The position numbers were made by a program, and so were the translations under genes. This document shows positions 1 to 9,321 of a stretch of 64,000 nt of DNA, piece by piece. Source of the DNA: a virus. Under the pieces are notes generated by a model. The model was not told where the DNA came from and searched no databases. It saw only the letters and a list, made by a program, of their open reading frames with translations. The DNA lies in IMG/VR virus record IMGVR_UViG_3300035696_000024, positions 26,209 through 90,208 of that record; one strand, given 5' to 3'. Position 1 is the stretch's first letter. Each line of letters starts with the position of its first letter.

Positions 1-400
1 TTAACGTTTCAAGTTCATCTATGCATTTTTGACAAAGTTTTTTACCCGGTAACGGTGGGTTTGGACATCTACTGCAAGATTTTCTTTTTCTGACAAGCCG
101 ATTTCTGGCGTCCCTAAATGCTTGAAGACACACATCACAATATACAGCCCTTGTTCCATCTGGTTTTATTCTTGTAAAATTTTCACCACATTGAATACAA
201 AGTCCTTTAGCTTTTCTTGCTTGATGAAGTTTTTTTGTTGCAAACGCCTGTCTTTGTCTAAGCGTCATGTTCCTTAAAGATAACTCTTCTTCCGGAGTTA
301 ATGTATATTCCGTGCTCGTTGGGTCGCCTACACTTCTATTGTAAATTCTAGCTTCCTCTATTGCTTCTCTGACAAGTTGCTTTACATCCTCTTTGGTCAT
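1..400 (-). CDS. Zinc-finger protein, partial (runs off window start; not in ORF track)
   Basis: Hand translation MTKEDVKQLVREAIEE...GLCIQCG...YCDVC...SCSRC...LCQKC is open to position 1; four CxxC pairs; TATTTATA 3 nt upstream. Confidence 0.75.
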   Translation of the reverse strand, partial: MTKEDVKQLVREAIEEARIYNRSVGDPTSTEYTLTPEEELSLRNMTLRQRQAFATKKLHQARKAKGLCIQCGENFTRIKPDGTRAVYCDVCLQAFRDARNRLVRKRKSCSRCPNPPLPGKKLCQKCIDELETL

Positions 401-403
401 GAA

Positions 404-411
404 TATAAATA
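404..411 (-). promoter_or_regulatory. TATTTATA putative phage late promoter
   Basis: Same motif recurs just upstream of about 10 start codons in this window. Confidence 0.55.
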
Positions 412-511
412 TACTTAAAATAAGTGTGTGGTGAATTAAAAAAGGGATGAATTGGTATAAAAAGTTTACTATTTAGGGCCATAGTGTAAAGTACCGGAAC
501 AAATAAAATAT

Positions 512-1906
512 ATGGAAGAAACGAACAATCTCAAAAAATACGGTAGTGAATTTCAATCTAAGTGTGTGGCATCATTGGTAACAAACCAGTTGTTTGTAGA
601 ACAGATTTTTGATATTCTAACCTCTGACTATTTCGAGTCGGATGCAAATAAATGGATAGTTCAACAGATTATGGATTATTTTCTGAAATATAAATCATGT
701 CCAACTCTTCAAGTATTTGGAATCGAATCAGAAAAAATAAGAAGTAATGTATTGAAAGCTGCTGTAATTGAACAACTTAAAAACGTTTATACCAATTATA
801 TTGAGTCACAGGATTTGAAGTTTGTGTCGGAACAATTTTTGGAATTCTGTAAGAATCAGAAAATGAAAAATGCAATCATATCATCAACTGATTATTTGAA
901 GTTGGGTGAATATGACCAGATTAGAAGAGTGGTTGACGAAGCATTGAAAGCTGGTATGGAAAGAAATATTGGTCATGAATATCATGTGGATATTGAAAAA
1001 CGTATGTCAGCAATGTGTCGTGATACAATCAAGACCAATTGGGAAGAAATTGACAAATTGTTGGATGGTGGTTTGGCAAAAGGAGAACTTGGTTTTTTTG
1101 TTGGGCCTGCTGGAAGTGGTAAGACGTGGTTCTTGACTAGAATTGGTGCAGAAGCTATGAAAGCTGGAAAAAATGTAGTCCATATTACTATGGAATTAAA
1201 TGAAAACTATGTCGGTTTGAGATATGATAGTTGTTTTACTGATATTGACTTTCAAGATATAAGGATGCATATTGATGAAGTTAAGAATACAATTAACTCC
1301 ATTAAAGGAAAATTATTCATAAAGTATTTTCCAACAAAAACGGTAGCTTCACATGCTATTAAAACATATGTAGAACGCATTCAAATGCTAACAGGTAGTA
1401 AAATTGATTTAGCCATAGTAGATTATGCGGATTTGTTAAAACCTGCCGTGGAAGATAAAAACGCAAATTCTTATAGTGAAGGTGGTTCTGTATATGAAGA
1501 ACTAAGAGCCGTTGCTGGTCAACTTCAAATCCCCATTTGGTCTGCGTCACAAGCAAATAGGAGTGGTCATGAAGCTGAAACTGTTCAGGCTCATAATGTT
1601 GCAGACTCTTACAAAAAAATTATGACAGGGGATTTTGTTGCAAGCATTTCCAGAAGAATGGAGGATAAATTAGCTGGTGTTGCACGGGTTCATATAATTA
1701 AAAATCGTTTCGGTGCGGATGGAATGAGTTGGCCTACAGAGTTTAATGCAAGCAAGGGAACTATTAAAATTCTTGACCCTACAAGTTTTGAAGGTAAAAA
1801 ATGTTTGGAAAAAATGAAAACCGGTGAGGATAAACTTCAAGATGTAGTAAGAGATAATTGGAATCAAATCAAGAAAAATCGCCGTCCAAGTGTTGATGAT
1901 GAATAA
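512..1906 (+). CDS. dnaB: Replicative DNA helicase (DnaB / T4 gp41-like)
   Basis: Walker A GPAGSGKT, ITMEL, IVDYADLL, SASQANR, IIKNRFG motifs. Confidence 0.92.
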   Translation: MEETNNLKKYGSEFQSKCVASLVTNQLFVEQIFDILTSDYFESDANKWIVQQIMDYFLKYKSCPTLQVFGIESEKIRSNVLKAAVIEQLKNVYTNYIESQDLKFVSEQFLEFCKNQKMKNAIISSTDYLKLGEYDQIRRVVDEALKAGMERNIGHEYHVDIEKRMSAMCRDTIKTNWEEIDKLLDGGLAKGELGFFVGPAGSGKTWFLTRIGAEAMKAGKNVVHITMELNENYVGLRYDSCFTDIDFQDIRMHIDEVKNTINSIKGKLFIKYFPTKTVASHAIKTYVERIQMLTGSKIDLAIVDYADLLKPAVEDKNANSYSEGGSVYEELRAVAGQLQIPIWSASQANRSGHEAETVQAHNVADSYKKIMTGDFVASISRRMEDKLAGVARVHIIKNRFGADGMSWPTEFNASKGTIKILDPTSFEGKKCLEKMKTGEDKLQDVVRDNWNQIKKNRRPSVDDE

Positions 1907-2048
1907 TTGAACAGCGCTGTTTTCTTGTACCCATAAAAAATCCAAACCACAAAAAATAATTTTATTTCTTAACACGGCTTAACACTGTTTTAGAAAAATG
2001 AAATCCTAATTATTGCTCACGTAAACGAGACAAAAAATTTTAGGATAT

Positions 2049-4712
2049 ATGAATGAAGATGATATGGTAACAAAAAAGACGGACTTCAATAAGATTACAA
2101 CAAGATACGAAGATGTAAAAAAACAACCCACAAACGAATATTTTAATGGGAATGAATTTTCCATAGACGCCTTTAACAAAAAGTATTCTGCGATAGACGA
2201 TGAAACTTATGTTCAAGCGTTGAAACGAGTTTGTGATTATGTTGCTTCGGTGGAAAAAACAGAGGAACTCCAAAAATTTTGGAGTGAACGATGGTTTGAT
2301 GAAATTTACAATGACTGGTGGCACCCAGCAGGTTCCATTATGCAGGGTGCTGGAACATATCGTAAAATTTCCCTAGCTAATTGCACAACGATTTCTCTCG
2401 GCGCACTTCGTGATGGAGAAGAGTGGGACAGTCTTGAAGCTATCATAAAAAATACGGCTTATACAGTTGCAAAATGTGCAGCTTATCGCCAAGGATTGGG
2501 TGTAGATTTTAGTCGTCTTCGTCCAAATGGAACAAGAGTTTTGAATAGTGCCAATAAATCTACAGGTGCTGTTCATTGGATGAAACACATTGATGGTATT
2601 GGTTATTCTGTTGGTCAGAAAGGCCGTATTCCTGCAATGTTATTTTCTTTAAGTATTAATCACCCTGATGTTGAAGAATTTATAACCGTTAAGAGTGATT
2701 ATACAAAAATTCAAAATGCAAACATATCCGTTCAACTTACGGAAAAGTTTTACAAGGCGGTGGAAGAAGACAAGGATTGGGAATTATCATTTGAAGTTCC
2801 TGCAATCAAGAGAGGCGACAAGGTTTACATTGATGTCCATAGCATAGACATGGATACCAAAACCGACAAGGATGGTAGATTCTACAAGATTGCTACTCAT
2901 GACAAAAAAAAGGAAGTGTTTTCCAAGGTAGTCAAAGCTCGAAAGTTGATGGAGTTGATTGCGAAGAACATGTATCAAAATGCTGAACCGGGTATTCAAA
3001 ATATTGACATCGCTAGAAAATATTCCAATTCAGATTACATGTATGACCCGAAAGATGAATATGACAGTCGCATAATCGGAACAAATGCTTGTTCAGAACA
3101 GTATCTCAGTCGTGAATCTCTTTGTGTTTTAGCTTCACTTAATGTTGGCAGATTTTCAACTCTACCAGAAGTTTATGTTAAACAACTCGAACGGATTGGC
3201 GTGTCCATGAATCATTTTTTGGATAACGTCAATGAATGTGAATTGGTGTATGAAACTTATGCGACTCCACATCAACGATTAGCAATTCAAAAACTTAGAA
3301 GAACGGGGGCCGGTGTCACCAATATTGTTGGTTGGTTGTTTAAGAAAAATCTTGCGTATGCTACCAAGGAAGCCAACGATGCTTTTGAAGAATTTATTAA
3401 ACTTTTTAACTACTGGCTTTATTACAGTTCAGAAATGAACGGAAAAGAAAAAGGTAATTTTGGTCTTTTTGACAAAGAGAAATGGAAGTCCTCCCCGTTT
3501 GTTCAAAGAGTTCTTGAGGAATCAATTAAACTCCACGATAAATATGGTGTTCCCGTTCTTAACGGGAATAGTGCTAGAAATGTGACCAACAGTTCTATCG
3601 CACCAACGGGTACTTTGAGTTTGATGTTCAGAAATTTGGTTATGAGTTACGGTATTGAGGCTGCTTTCTTTCTTTATTTTTGGAAGAGAACAAGAATGGA
3701 AGGTTCGTACAAGTATTATTTCAATGTTCCAAAGGTTGTCAGAGATGTGTTCGAAGAATCTGGTATTCCGATACCTATGAAATCTGATACCATCCGTGAT
3801 GAATGGGATGGTCGTAATGGAAAACCGATAGCTGAATTTATAGAAAAAAATATAAGTAAGGTGGGTATTAAATTCAAAGCTTCAACAGAAATTGATCCTA
3901 TGGATAAACTTGAATTTATGTCACAAGTTATGAAATGGGTAGATTCTTCCATATCAACTACTTATCTTCTTCCGATTGATTCTGATTGGAAATCTGTTTA
4001 CAAATTTATTTTAGCCTCTCATGCAAAAGAGGTAAAATCTATTGCAGCATTTCCAGATAAAAAAATGTATGGTATTGTTTCCAACATTGCATTCAGAGAT
4101 TTAGCGTTTAAATTGAAAGAAGAAAACATTGGGATACACCATCAAAATTTTTCCGATGAAGAACTTAAAGAATTGAATCTGTCCCGCCAAAAAATCAATA
4201 CTGGTTGTGTTGATGCTCCCGAAAGGCTTCCAATATTGGATGCAGATATTTATGTTGTAAATGTTAAAGGGGAAAAGTTCTGTATTGCTATAGGTCTTCA
4301 AAATGGACAACCTTACGAAATCTTTGGTGGTCATCTTAACGGTCTTAGCCTAAAATCCAATTTTAAGAAAGGTAAAATTTCCAAAGTAAAACATCGCCAA
4401 TATGCGTTGGAAATTGATGATATTCTTATTGAAGATTTTAGCAAGCAATTTACTCCAACCGAACAAATCATGTTCAGGCTTGCGTCCACAAGTTTGCGTC
4501 ACGGTGTTCCAATCCAGTTCATAGTTGACCAACTGCAAAAAGCTACAGAAGATATTACTTCAATGGGTGCTGCTGCTGCCAGAGTGTTGAAAAAATACAT
4601 CAAAGATGGTGAAGTTGCACGAGGTCAAGTGTGTCCAAGTTGCGGTAATGGATTGGTCTATCTTGAAGGATGTGTGTCTTGTACAACATGCGGATGGTCC
4701 AAGTGCGCTTAA
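2049..4712 (+). CDS. nrdJ: Class II (B12-dependent) ribonucleotide reductase with C-terminal Zn ribbon
   Basis: SLANC, TNACSEQ, SIAPTGTLS, VDSSIS, C-terminal CPSC...EGCVSCTTCGWSKC; no beta subunit adjacent. Confidence 0.88.
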   Translation: MNEDDMVTKKTDFNKITTRYEDVKKQPTNEYFNGNEFSIDAFNKKYSAIDDETYVQALKRVCDYVASVEKTEELQKFWSERWFDEIYNDWWHPAGSIMQGAGTYRKISLANCTTISLGALRDGEEWDSLEAIIKNTAYTVAKCAAYRQGLGVDFSRLRPNGTRVLNSANKSTGAVHWMKHIDGIGYSVGQKGRIPAMLFSLSINHPDVEEFITVKSDYTKIQNANISVQLTEKFYKAVEEDKDWELSFEVPAIKRGDKVYIDVHSIDMDTKTDKDGRFYKIATHDKKKEVFSKVVKARKLMELIAKNMYQNAEPGIQNIDIARKYSNSDYMYDPKDEYDSRIIGTNACSEQYLSRESLCVLASLNVGRFSTLPEVYVKQLERIGVSMNHFLDNVNECELVYETYATPHQRLAIQKLRRTGAGVTNIVGWLFKKNLAYATKEANDAFEEFIKLFNYWLYYSSEMNGKEKGNFGLFDKEKWKSSPFVQRVLEESIKLHDKYGVPVLNGNSARNVTNSSIAPTGTLSLMFRNLVMSYGIEAAFFLYFWKRTRMEGSYKYYFNVPKVVRDVFEESGIPIPMKSDTIRDEWDGRNGKPIAEFIEKNISKVGIKFKASTEIDPMDKLEFMSQVMKWVDSSISTTYLLPIDSDWKSVYKFILASHAKEVKSIAAFPDKKMYGIVSNIAFRDLAFKLKEENIGIHHQNFSDEELKELNLSRQKINTGCVDAPERLPILDADIYVVNVKGEKFCIAIGLQNGQPYEIFGGHLNGLSLKSNFKKGKISKVKHRQYALEIDDILIEDFSKQFTPTEQIMFRLASTSLRHGVPIQFIVDQLQKATEDITSMGAAAARVLKKYIKDGEVARGQVCPSCGNGLVYLEGCVSCTTCGWSKCA

Positions 4713-4737
4713 TTTTAATTTTAGTGTACATTTTTTA

Positions 4738-4745
4738 TATTTATA
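4738..4745 (+). promoter_or_regulatory. TATTTATA putative late promoter
   Basis: Exact motif in intergenic region upstream of 4772. Confidence 0.5.
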
Positions 4746-4771
4746 AGTCGGTGTAAAGTTCTAATCACAAA

Positions 4772-5152
4772 ATGATAATTGATGAAACATTATTAAATGT
4801 AATTCCACCGTTGATAGCAGCGGTGCTGACATATATTGTCGCTAGTAAAAGGGCTCGTGCGCAACATGCGAAACTTATAGCGGACATTCAATCACACGCC
4901 ATAGAGCAAGTTCGTTTAATCGAAGAGAAAATGAGGGAAGAAATATGGGTGGAATTGCGAAAAGTTCAAAAAGAAAACGCCGAATTCAGAAAAGATATGG
5001 AAGCTCAACGCCTCGAAATTGATGATTTGAAAAAACAACTGGAGGCAGCAACAAACCTTCGCGTAACTCTTACTGAACAGGTTCATTCATTGGAGAGATT
5101 AGTAGAAACCTATAAAACAAGAATTGTTGAATTGGAAAAAAAGGAAAAATAA
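4772..5152 (+). CDS. Membrane-anchored coiled-coil protein
   Basis: N-terminal hydrophobic segment VIPPLIAAVLTYIVA, then long heptad-rich helix. Confidence 0.6.
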   Translation: MIIDETLLNVIPPLIAAVLTYIVASKRARAQHAKLIADIQSHAIEQVRLIEEKMREEIWVELRKVQKENAEFRKDMEAQRLEIDDLKKQLEAATNLRVTLTEQVHSLERLVETYKTRIVELEKKEK

Positions 5153-5163
5153 TATACTGTGTT

Positions 5164-5499
5164 ATGAGTTTGATGGAGAATATTCGGAAAATGTTTTACC
5201 GACCAAAAGTGTTTTTAGTTGATGAAAATGCAAAGGGATGTAAGCATCAAGCGGATGCTATTCGTGCAATGAATGTGGATGTGGATACTTTCACGGATTG
5301 CAACAAATTATTGTATGTTCTTCATTCCTGTAAAACTCAAAAATATGCGGCGGGTATTATTTGTGAAAATGGTAGCAAATATAGGCCGCAAGTTTTATCT
5401 AATTTTATAAAGGATATAGACCCAAAAATTCAACTCATTATTTATAAAAATGGAGAAGAATTAAAAGAAGATGCAACTAAAATATTGTCTTTGACATAA
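5164..5499 (+). CDS. Degenerate receiver (REC)-like domain protein
   Basis: KVFLVDEN...VDVDTFTD...IKDIDPKIQLIIY matches the CheY-fold pattern; phosphoacceptor Asp not evident. Confidence 0.45.
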   Translation: MSLMENIRKMFYRPKVFLVDENAKGCKHQADAIRAMNVDVDTFTDCNKLLYVLHSCKTQKYAAGIICENGSKYRPQVLSNFIKDIDPKIQLIIYKNGEELKEDATKILSLT

Positions 5500-5519
5500 T
5501 CCGCCCATTCAGTTATAAT
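5491..5519 (+). promoter_or_regulatory. Sigma70-type promoter, perfect consensus
   Basis: TTGACA-17 nt-TATAAT, 8 nt before ATG 5528. Confidence 0.85.
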
Positions 5520-5527
5520 CATTTCGT

Positions 5528-6307
5528 ATGTCGGAAGAAAAGTATTTTGACGCTGAAAAAGTAGTTGTCAGAAAAATAGATAAGGCTGTTGCAGAAGAAA
5601 TGATTGTAAAATATCACTATTCTCATAAATGGTCTTTGTGTCAGGTTGCATATGGTGTTTTTTACATTACTGATAAGCAATGCAAATTTTTCAATGCGGT
5701 GGAAGAAAAACTTATCGGTTGTATTGTGTTTGGTCAACCTGTCGGACGTTCTGCGGCTGAATCTGTTTCAAAATTAATAAACGTTTATGAAGTTTTTGAA
5801 CTTACCAGATTGTTTATTCATGATGGATATGGAAAGAATATTGAAAGTTATTCAATAGCAAAATCTTTGGAACTTGTAAGGAGAGATTTTCCACAAATTA
5901 AAGCAATCATTTCCTATGCAGATGGTGAACAGGGTCATAAAGGAACAATATATCAAGCATGTAATTTTTATTACCAAGGAAATTCATCCTTAGCTTTGAT
6001 GCCAAATTATTCTGTTTCCTTGGTGGGTCCGCCGTATCAGTGGATACATTCTAGAACAATTTCATCAACATACGGGTCACATAACGTGGAACATTTAAAG
6101 AAAAAAATAGGTCATACATTTTGGCGGAAAAAGGAGTCTTCAAAACATAGATATGTTTTTTTGTTGGGTAGTAAAACAGAAAGAAGAAAGATACTAAAAA
6201 ACCTTAAGCATCCCTTCGAATCAATCTACCCGAAAGATACAAGTCATACGGATGAAATAGAGGAAATTACGGTGGATACTCCGACAGAAAATCAGTTCTT
6301 TGGGTGA
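5528..6307 (+). CDS. Mom-family GNAT-fold DNA modification protein
   Basis: YHYSH, FELTRLF, ESYSIAKSL, IISYAD..QGHKGTIYQACNF, KHRYVF. Confidence 0.75.
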   Translation: MSEEKYFDAEKVVVRKIDKAVAEEMIVKYHYSHKWSLCQVAYGVFYITDKQCKFFNAVEEKLIGCIVFGQPVGRSAAESVSKLINVYEVFELTRLFIHDGYGKNIESYSIAKSLELVRRDFPQIKAIISYADGEQGHKGTIYQACNFYYQGNSSLALMPNYSVSLVGPPYQWIHSRTISSTYGSHNVEHLKKKIGHTFWRKKESSKHRYVFLLGSKTERRKILKNLKHPFESIYPKDTSHTDEIEEITVDTPTENQFFG

Positions 6308-6328
6308 AATATCCATATTTATAGTAAT

Positions 6329-7903
6329 ATGGAGCACAGTTTATTAATAGACAGAGAAAGAGTAATACAAGGTAGTGGTATTAGTGGAAGAATAATTGTC
6401 GCACTGCGTTTCACAGAATTAGAGGCTACCAGTTTTGAACAGGCCATCGAGAATTACAATAAAACATCACCCAATAAAAATTTGGTGGTCGCATTTATTG
6501 ATTCTCATACAGGTGAAACCATTAAAGGGCCAAAATATGATACTACAACTCAATCTTTGGGTAAATATAACATAAAAAAATTTTTAGAGCCGGGAGTAAA
6601 GCAACAAGCACCAATAGAACCATCACAACACGAACCGAGAGATAGATTTGATGAATGGGGAAAGAAACCAAGATATAGAAAGCAAATTGTAATTAAGAAA
6701 AAATTATTAGGCGGATATTCGATTATTGCTTATGGTGCAGACGGTAAGATAGAAAATAATGGGTTATTACAGTTTATTGTAGATACACCTCGAAAAGCTG
6801 CAGTAACAGCTAATCATTTACATGATAGATACAAGTGGCCTATTGTAGATTTAACCAGAGAAACAATTGCGAAGATGTCAGTATGTAGGTTGTGTGCTGA
6901 TGAATTTAATAACGACGAAGAGTTATTCATTCATTTACACAAAGTTCATCAAGTGCCAGATAATGAAATATTAAATAACGGTTTTTGGGTGAATATAAAT
7001 AAACTCATAAGTAATCATCAATATCTTCGTCAACATTTGCCAAATAAAATAAAACCTATGAATGAAATCAATAAATTCAGAAATATGATCAGAGAATGTA
7101 TCTCTGAAATCAAAAAAGAAAATGACCCAAAGACACGTCTCAAGGAATCTCTTCGTAATGTGGTCAAAGATGTTTTAAGTGAAATGAGCACTCTTACGAC
7201 CAGCGGTAAACCAGACCAAACCAAGGATGAAAAAGAAGCATCGGACAAGCAATATTTTAAAGACCCCAATCCAAGACTTAACAAAACCAATGTCAAACAG
7301 CAAACTGAACTGGACACACTTGTTAAAGGCATTGACCCTTCATGGGAAGCCTATTGGGATGACCATCAACAATTGATAGTCCGAGCGCAAAATCTTTTGT
7401 ACATTCGAATTTGTCAAAGATTTGAAAATAGTTACGATGTGGATGCTATGGTTAAATTAGTTGATAGAGTTCGTGCCATTGCCCTTACATGGGACCAAGT
7501 CAAAGCATTTGTTAAAGCAAATTTCAGTGATTTGAAGAACAAGACCATTCCCGATAAGCAAAGGGAAAAAGCTATCAATAATTACGATGACAAGGAAGTA
7601 ATTAAGAAGGATGCTGGACCGGAAAAGGCCAAAGTTGGTGTCAGATATCAAGACCCAAAACACGGCACAATTAAAGACACCAAGAAAGATGACAAAGACT
7701 ATAATGAACCCCAAACAAAGAGGGATGAGGATATGCCTGACCAACCGATGAAACAGGTCACAGAACCCGGTAAAGACCCTGAATCTAAAAATAAGAACAT
7801 CGAAAAAACGCCCAAGGTCAAACCACCTAAACATAAGAATGACAAGACGTTAAGGGTAAAAGATAAGAAGACTTCCAAATTTGTCTTAAAGAAGAGAGCC
7901 TAA
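6329..7903 (+). CDS. Modular hypothetical protein with C2H2 finger and charged low-complexity tail
   Basis: 524 aa ORF; TATTTATA at 6316-6323; CRLCADEF...LFIHLHKVH; RNMIRECISE and LRNVVKDVLSE motifs. Confidence 0.7.
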   Translation: MEHSLLIDRERVIQGSGISGRIIVALRFTELEATSFEQAIENYNKTSPNKNLVVAFIDSHTGETIKGPKYDTTTQSLGKYNIKKFLEPGVKQQAPIEPSQHEPRDRFDEWGKKPRYRKQIVIKKKLLGGYSIIAYGADGKIENNGLLQFIVDTPRKAAVTANHLHDRYKWPIVDLTRETIAKMSVCRLCADEFNNDEELFIHLHKVHQVPDNEILNNGFWVNINKLISNHQYLRQHLPNKIKPMNEINKFRNMIRECISEIKKENDPKTRLKESLRNVVKDVLSEMSTLTTSGKPDQTKDEKEASDKQYFKDPNPRLNKTNVKQQTELDTLVKGIDPSWEAYWDDHQQLIVRAQNLLYIRICQRFENSYDVDAMVKLVDRVRAIALTWDQVKAFVKANFSDLKNKTIPDKQREKAINNYDDKEVIKKDAGPEKAKVGVRYQDPKHGTIKDTKKDDKDYNEPQTKRDEDMPDQPMKQVTEPGKDPESKNKNIEKTPKVKPPKHKNDKTLRVKDKKTSKFVLKKRA

Positions 7904-7930
7904 TACATACCCCATTTATTGCTTCACAAG

Positions 7931-7957
7931 AAACCGTGCTTTTGCACGGTTTTATTT
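7931..7957 (+). terminator. Rho-independent terminator, possibly bidirectional
   Basis: AAACCGTGC-TTTT-GCACGGTTT hairpin followed by T-rich run, after stop at 7903. Confidence 0.75.
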
Positions 7958-7961
7958 GCGG

Positions 7962-7990
7962 TTGACTTTGTTATGTGGTTGTGGTAAACT
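7962..7990 (+). promoter_or_regulatory. Sigma70-type promoter
   Basis: TTGACT-17 nt-TAAACT. Confidence 0.6.
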
Positions 7991-8093
7991 TATGTATGAA
8001 TAAAAAAATACAGAACATATTGCCGTGGATAACGTTATGAATATCGCTAAACCATCAATAAACTTTTTTTATTCAAAGAAGTATAAATAGATA

Positions 8094-8122
8094 TTGACAA
8101 AACACGCTTTTTACAGTACAGT
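8094..8122 (+). promoter_or_regulatory. Sigma70-type promoter for 8174
   Basis: TTGACA-17 nt-TACAGT. Confidence 0.55.
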
Positions 8123-8173
8123 GCTTAACTTATAAGGCTCTGAATATGAGAGAGCAAACAAGAAGGTATAATT

Positions 8174-8575
8174 ATGAGTATTAGAAAAACACAGCGAAAA
8201 AATAAAACACGACAGGTCATAGCATGGCCATCACACGATTCATATTTCACCATTGACAGTTTGGTGGAAACAAATCCTCACATGCTTACTTCGTCAGGTT
8301 CGGATATAACTCTTAGAGTTCGTCTGAACAAAGCTATAAGTGATGAAAATTTGGTGGCAATAGTTGGGCAAAAAAATTGTGGAAAAGGAAGACCACAGTT
8401 GGTTTTTGCTATGCGACCCGTCAAACAGACTGCCATTGATAAAGCGAAGGCTGATGGTATTTCCTTGGATATGCCAAAAATCATGACAGTAATGGAAATT
8501 TCCACGCAGTCATCACCAACTTCCATTGTAACACCTGTTACAAACATAACATCGAATCAAGGCGTCAACGCTTAA
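8174..8575 (+). CDS. Putative winged-helix DNA-binding protein
   Basis: Recognition-helix-like ITLRVRLNK followed by wing with GKGRPQLVF. Confidence 0.5.
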   Translation: MSIRKTQRKNKTRQVIAWPSHDSYFTIDSLVETNPHMLTSSGSDITLRVRLNKAISDENLVAIVGQKNCGKGRPQLVFAMRPVKQTAIDKAKADGISLDMPKIMTVMEISTQSSPTSIVTPVTNITSNQGVNA

Positions 8576-8610
8576 TAAAACAACCACCGATATCTTAAAA
8601 TATCATACAT

Positions 8611-8805
8611 ATGAAAAGGAAAAAAGTTGCGAAACGAAAATCGCGTCTAATAGACTTACATATGTATGGTATTTTTGATGTCAAGAAAAACACAATTATC
8701 AAAATTAGTCTTGACCCCGCAGAGATACAAATGGAAGTTGCTCTTTCGGGTGGATTAAATGAAAATCTTATCGAATGTGAGTTTGATGTTAAGTTAGCGA
8801 TTTAA
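8611..8805 (+). CDS. Hypothetical protein
   Basis: 64 aa ORF with ATG, in gene-dense context. Confidence 0.55.
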   Translation: MKRKKVAKRKSRLIDLHMYGIFDVKKNTIIKISLDPAEIQMEVALSGGLNENLIECEFDVKLAI

Positions 8806-9307
8806 CACCCTTTCCCTTGTAACTCATAAAAAGTTTGAAAGACTTTTTGACTGCAACATCTTCCTTGTAGTAGAAGATGGTTGCTAAATTATTAATTTTG
8901 TTTAATACCGCTTGAATTTTTTGATTTGACCCATAAGATAAAGGCATGTCAAATCTATCGTCAAATAACACGGACAAAACAGTGCTAATTTTGAAATGAT
9001 GATAGAAGAGTTTGTCTTTTTCCATATAATGATATCTTAACGGCGCTTTTCGATGTTTTCCTTCCCCCTTAATTTCTATATATTTTTCAGGTCCCTTTTC
9101 AAAAAACATACGAGAATTCAATTCGTAGTAGAATACAAAAGAGTTTGGAGGAAGTTTGACCGATTTTATAATAGCTATGGAACCTATTATAAGAGGCATG
9201 TCCATTTTTATATCAAATAGAGCATATTCTGTATCACTGATTCTAAAACAATGGTAATACTTTGGAATTTTTATAGCTTCTTTATCATTGACTTTGTTCT
9301 CAGGCAT
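8789..9307 (-). CDS. Hypothetical protein with internal two-fold repeat
   Basis: YHCFRIS..LFD..DMPL..GS..FYY versus YHHFKIS..LFD..DMPL..GS..FYY; TACTTATA 7 nt upstream. Confidence 0.7.
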   Translation of the reverse strand: MPENKVNDKEAIKIPKYYHCFRISDTEYALFDIKMDMPLIIGSIAIIKSVKLPPNSFVFYYELNSRMFFEKGPEKYIEIKGEGKHRKAPLRYHYMEKDKLFYHHFKISTVLSVLFDDRFDMPLSYGSNQKIQAVLNKINNLATIFYYKEDVAVKKSFKLFMSYKGKGVKSLT

Positions 9308-9321
9308 AATACACTATAAGT

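Noticed and set aside
1907-2048. Palindrome AACAGCGCTGTT or a possible B12 riboswitch before nrdJ
   Set aside because: Interval is short and AT-rich with no riboswitch consensus; a single palindrome is unsupported
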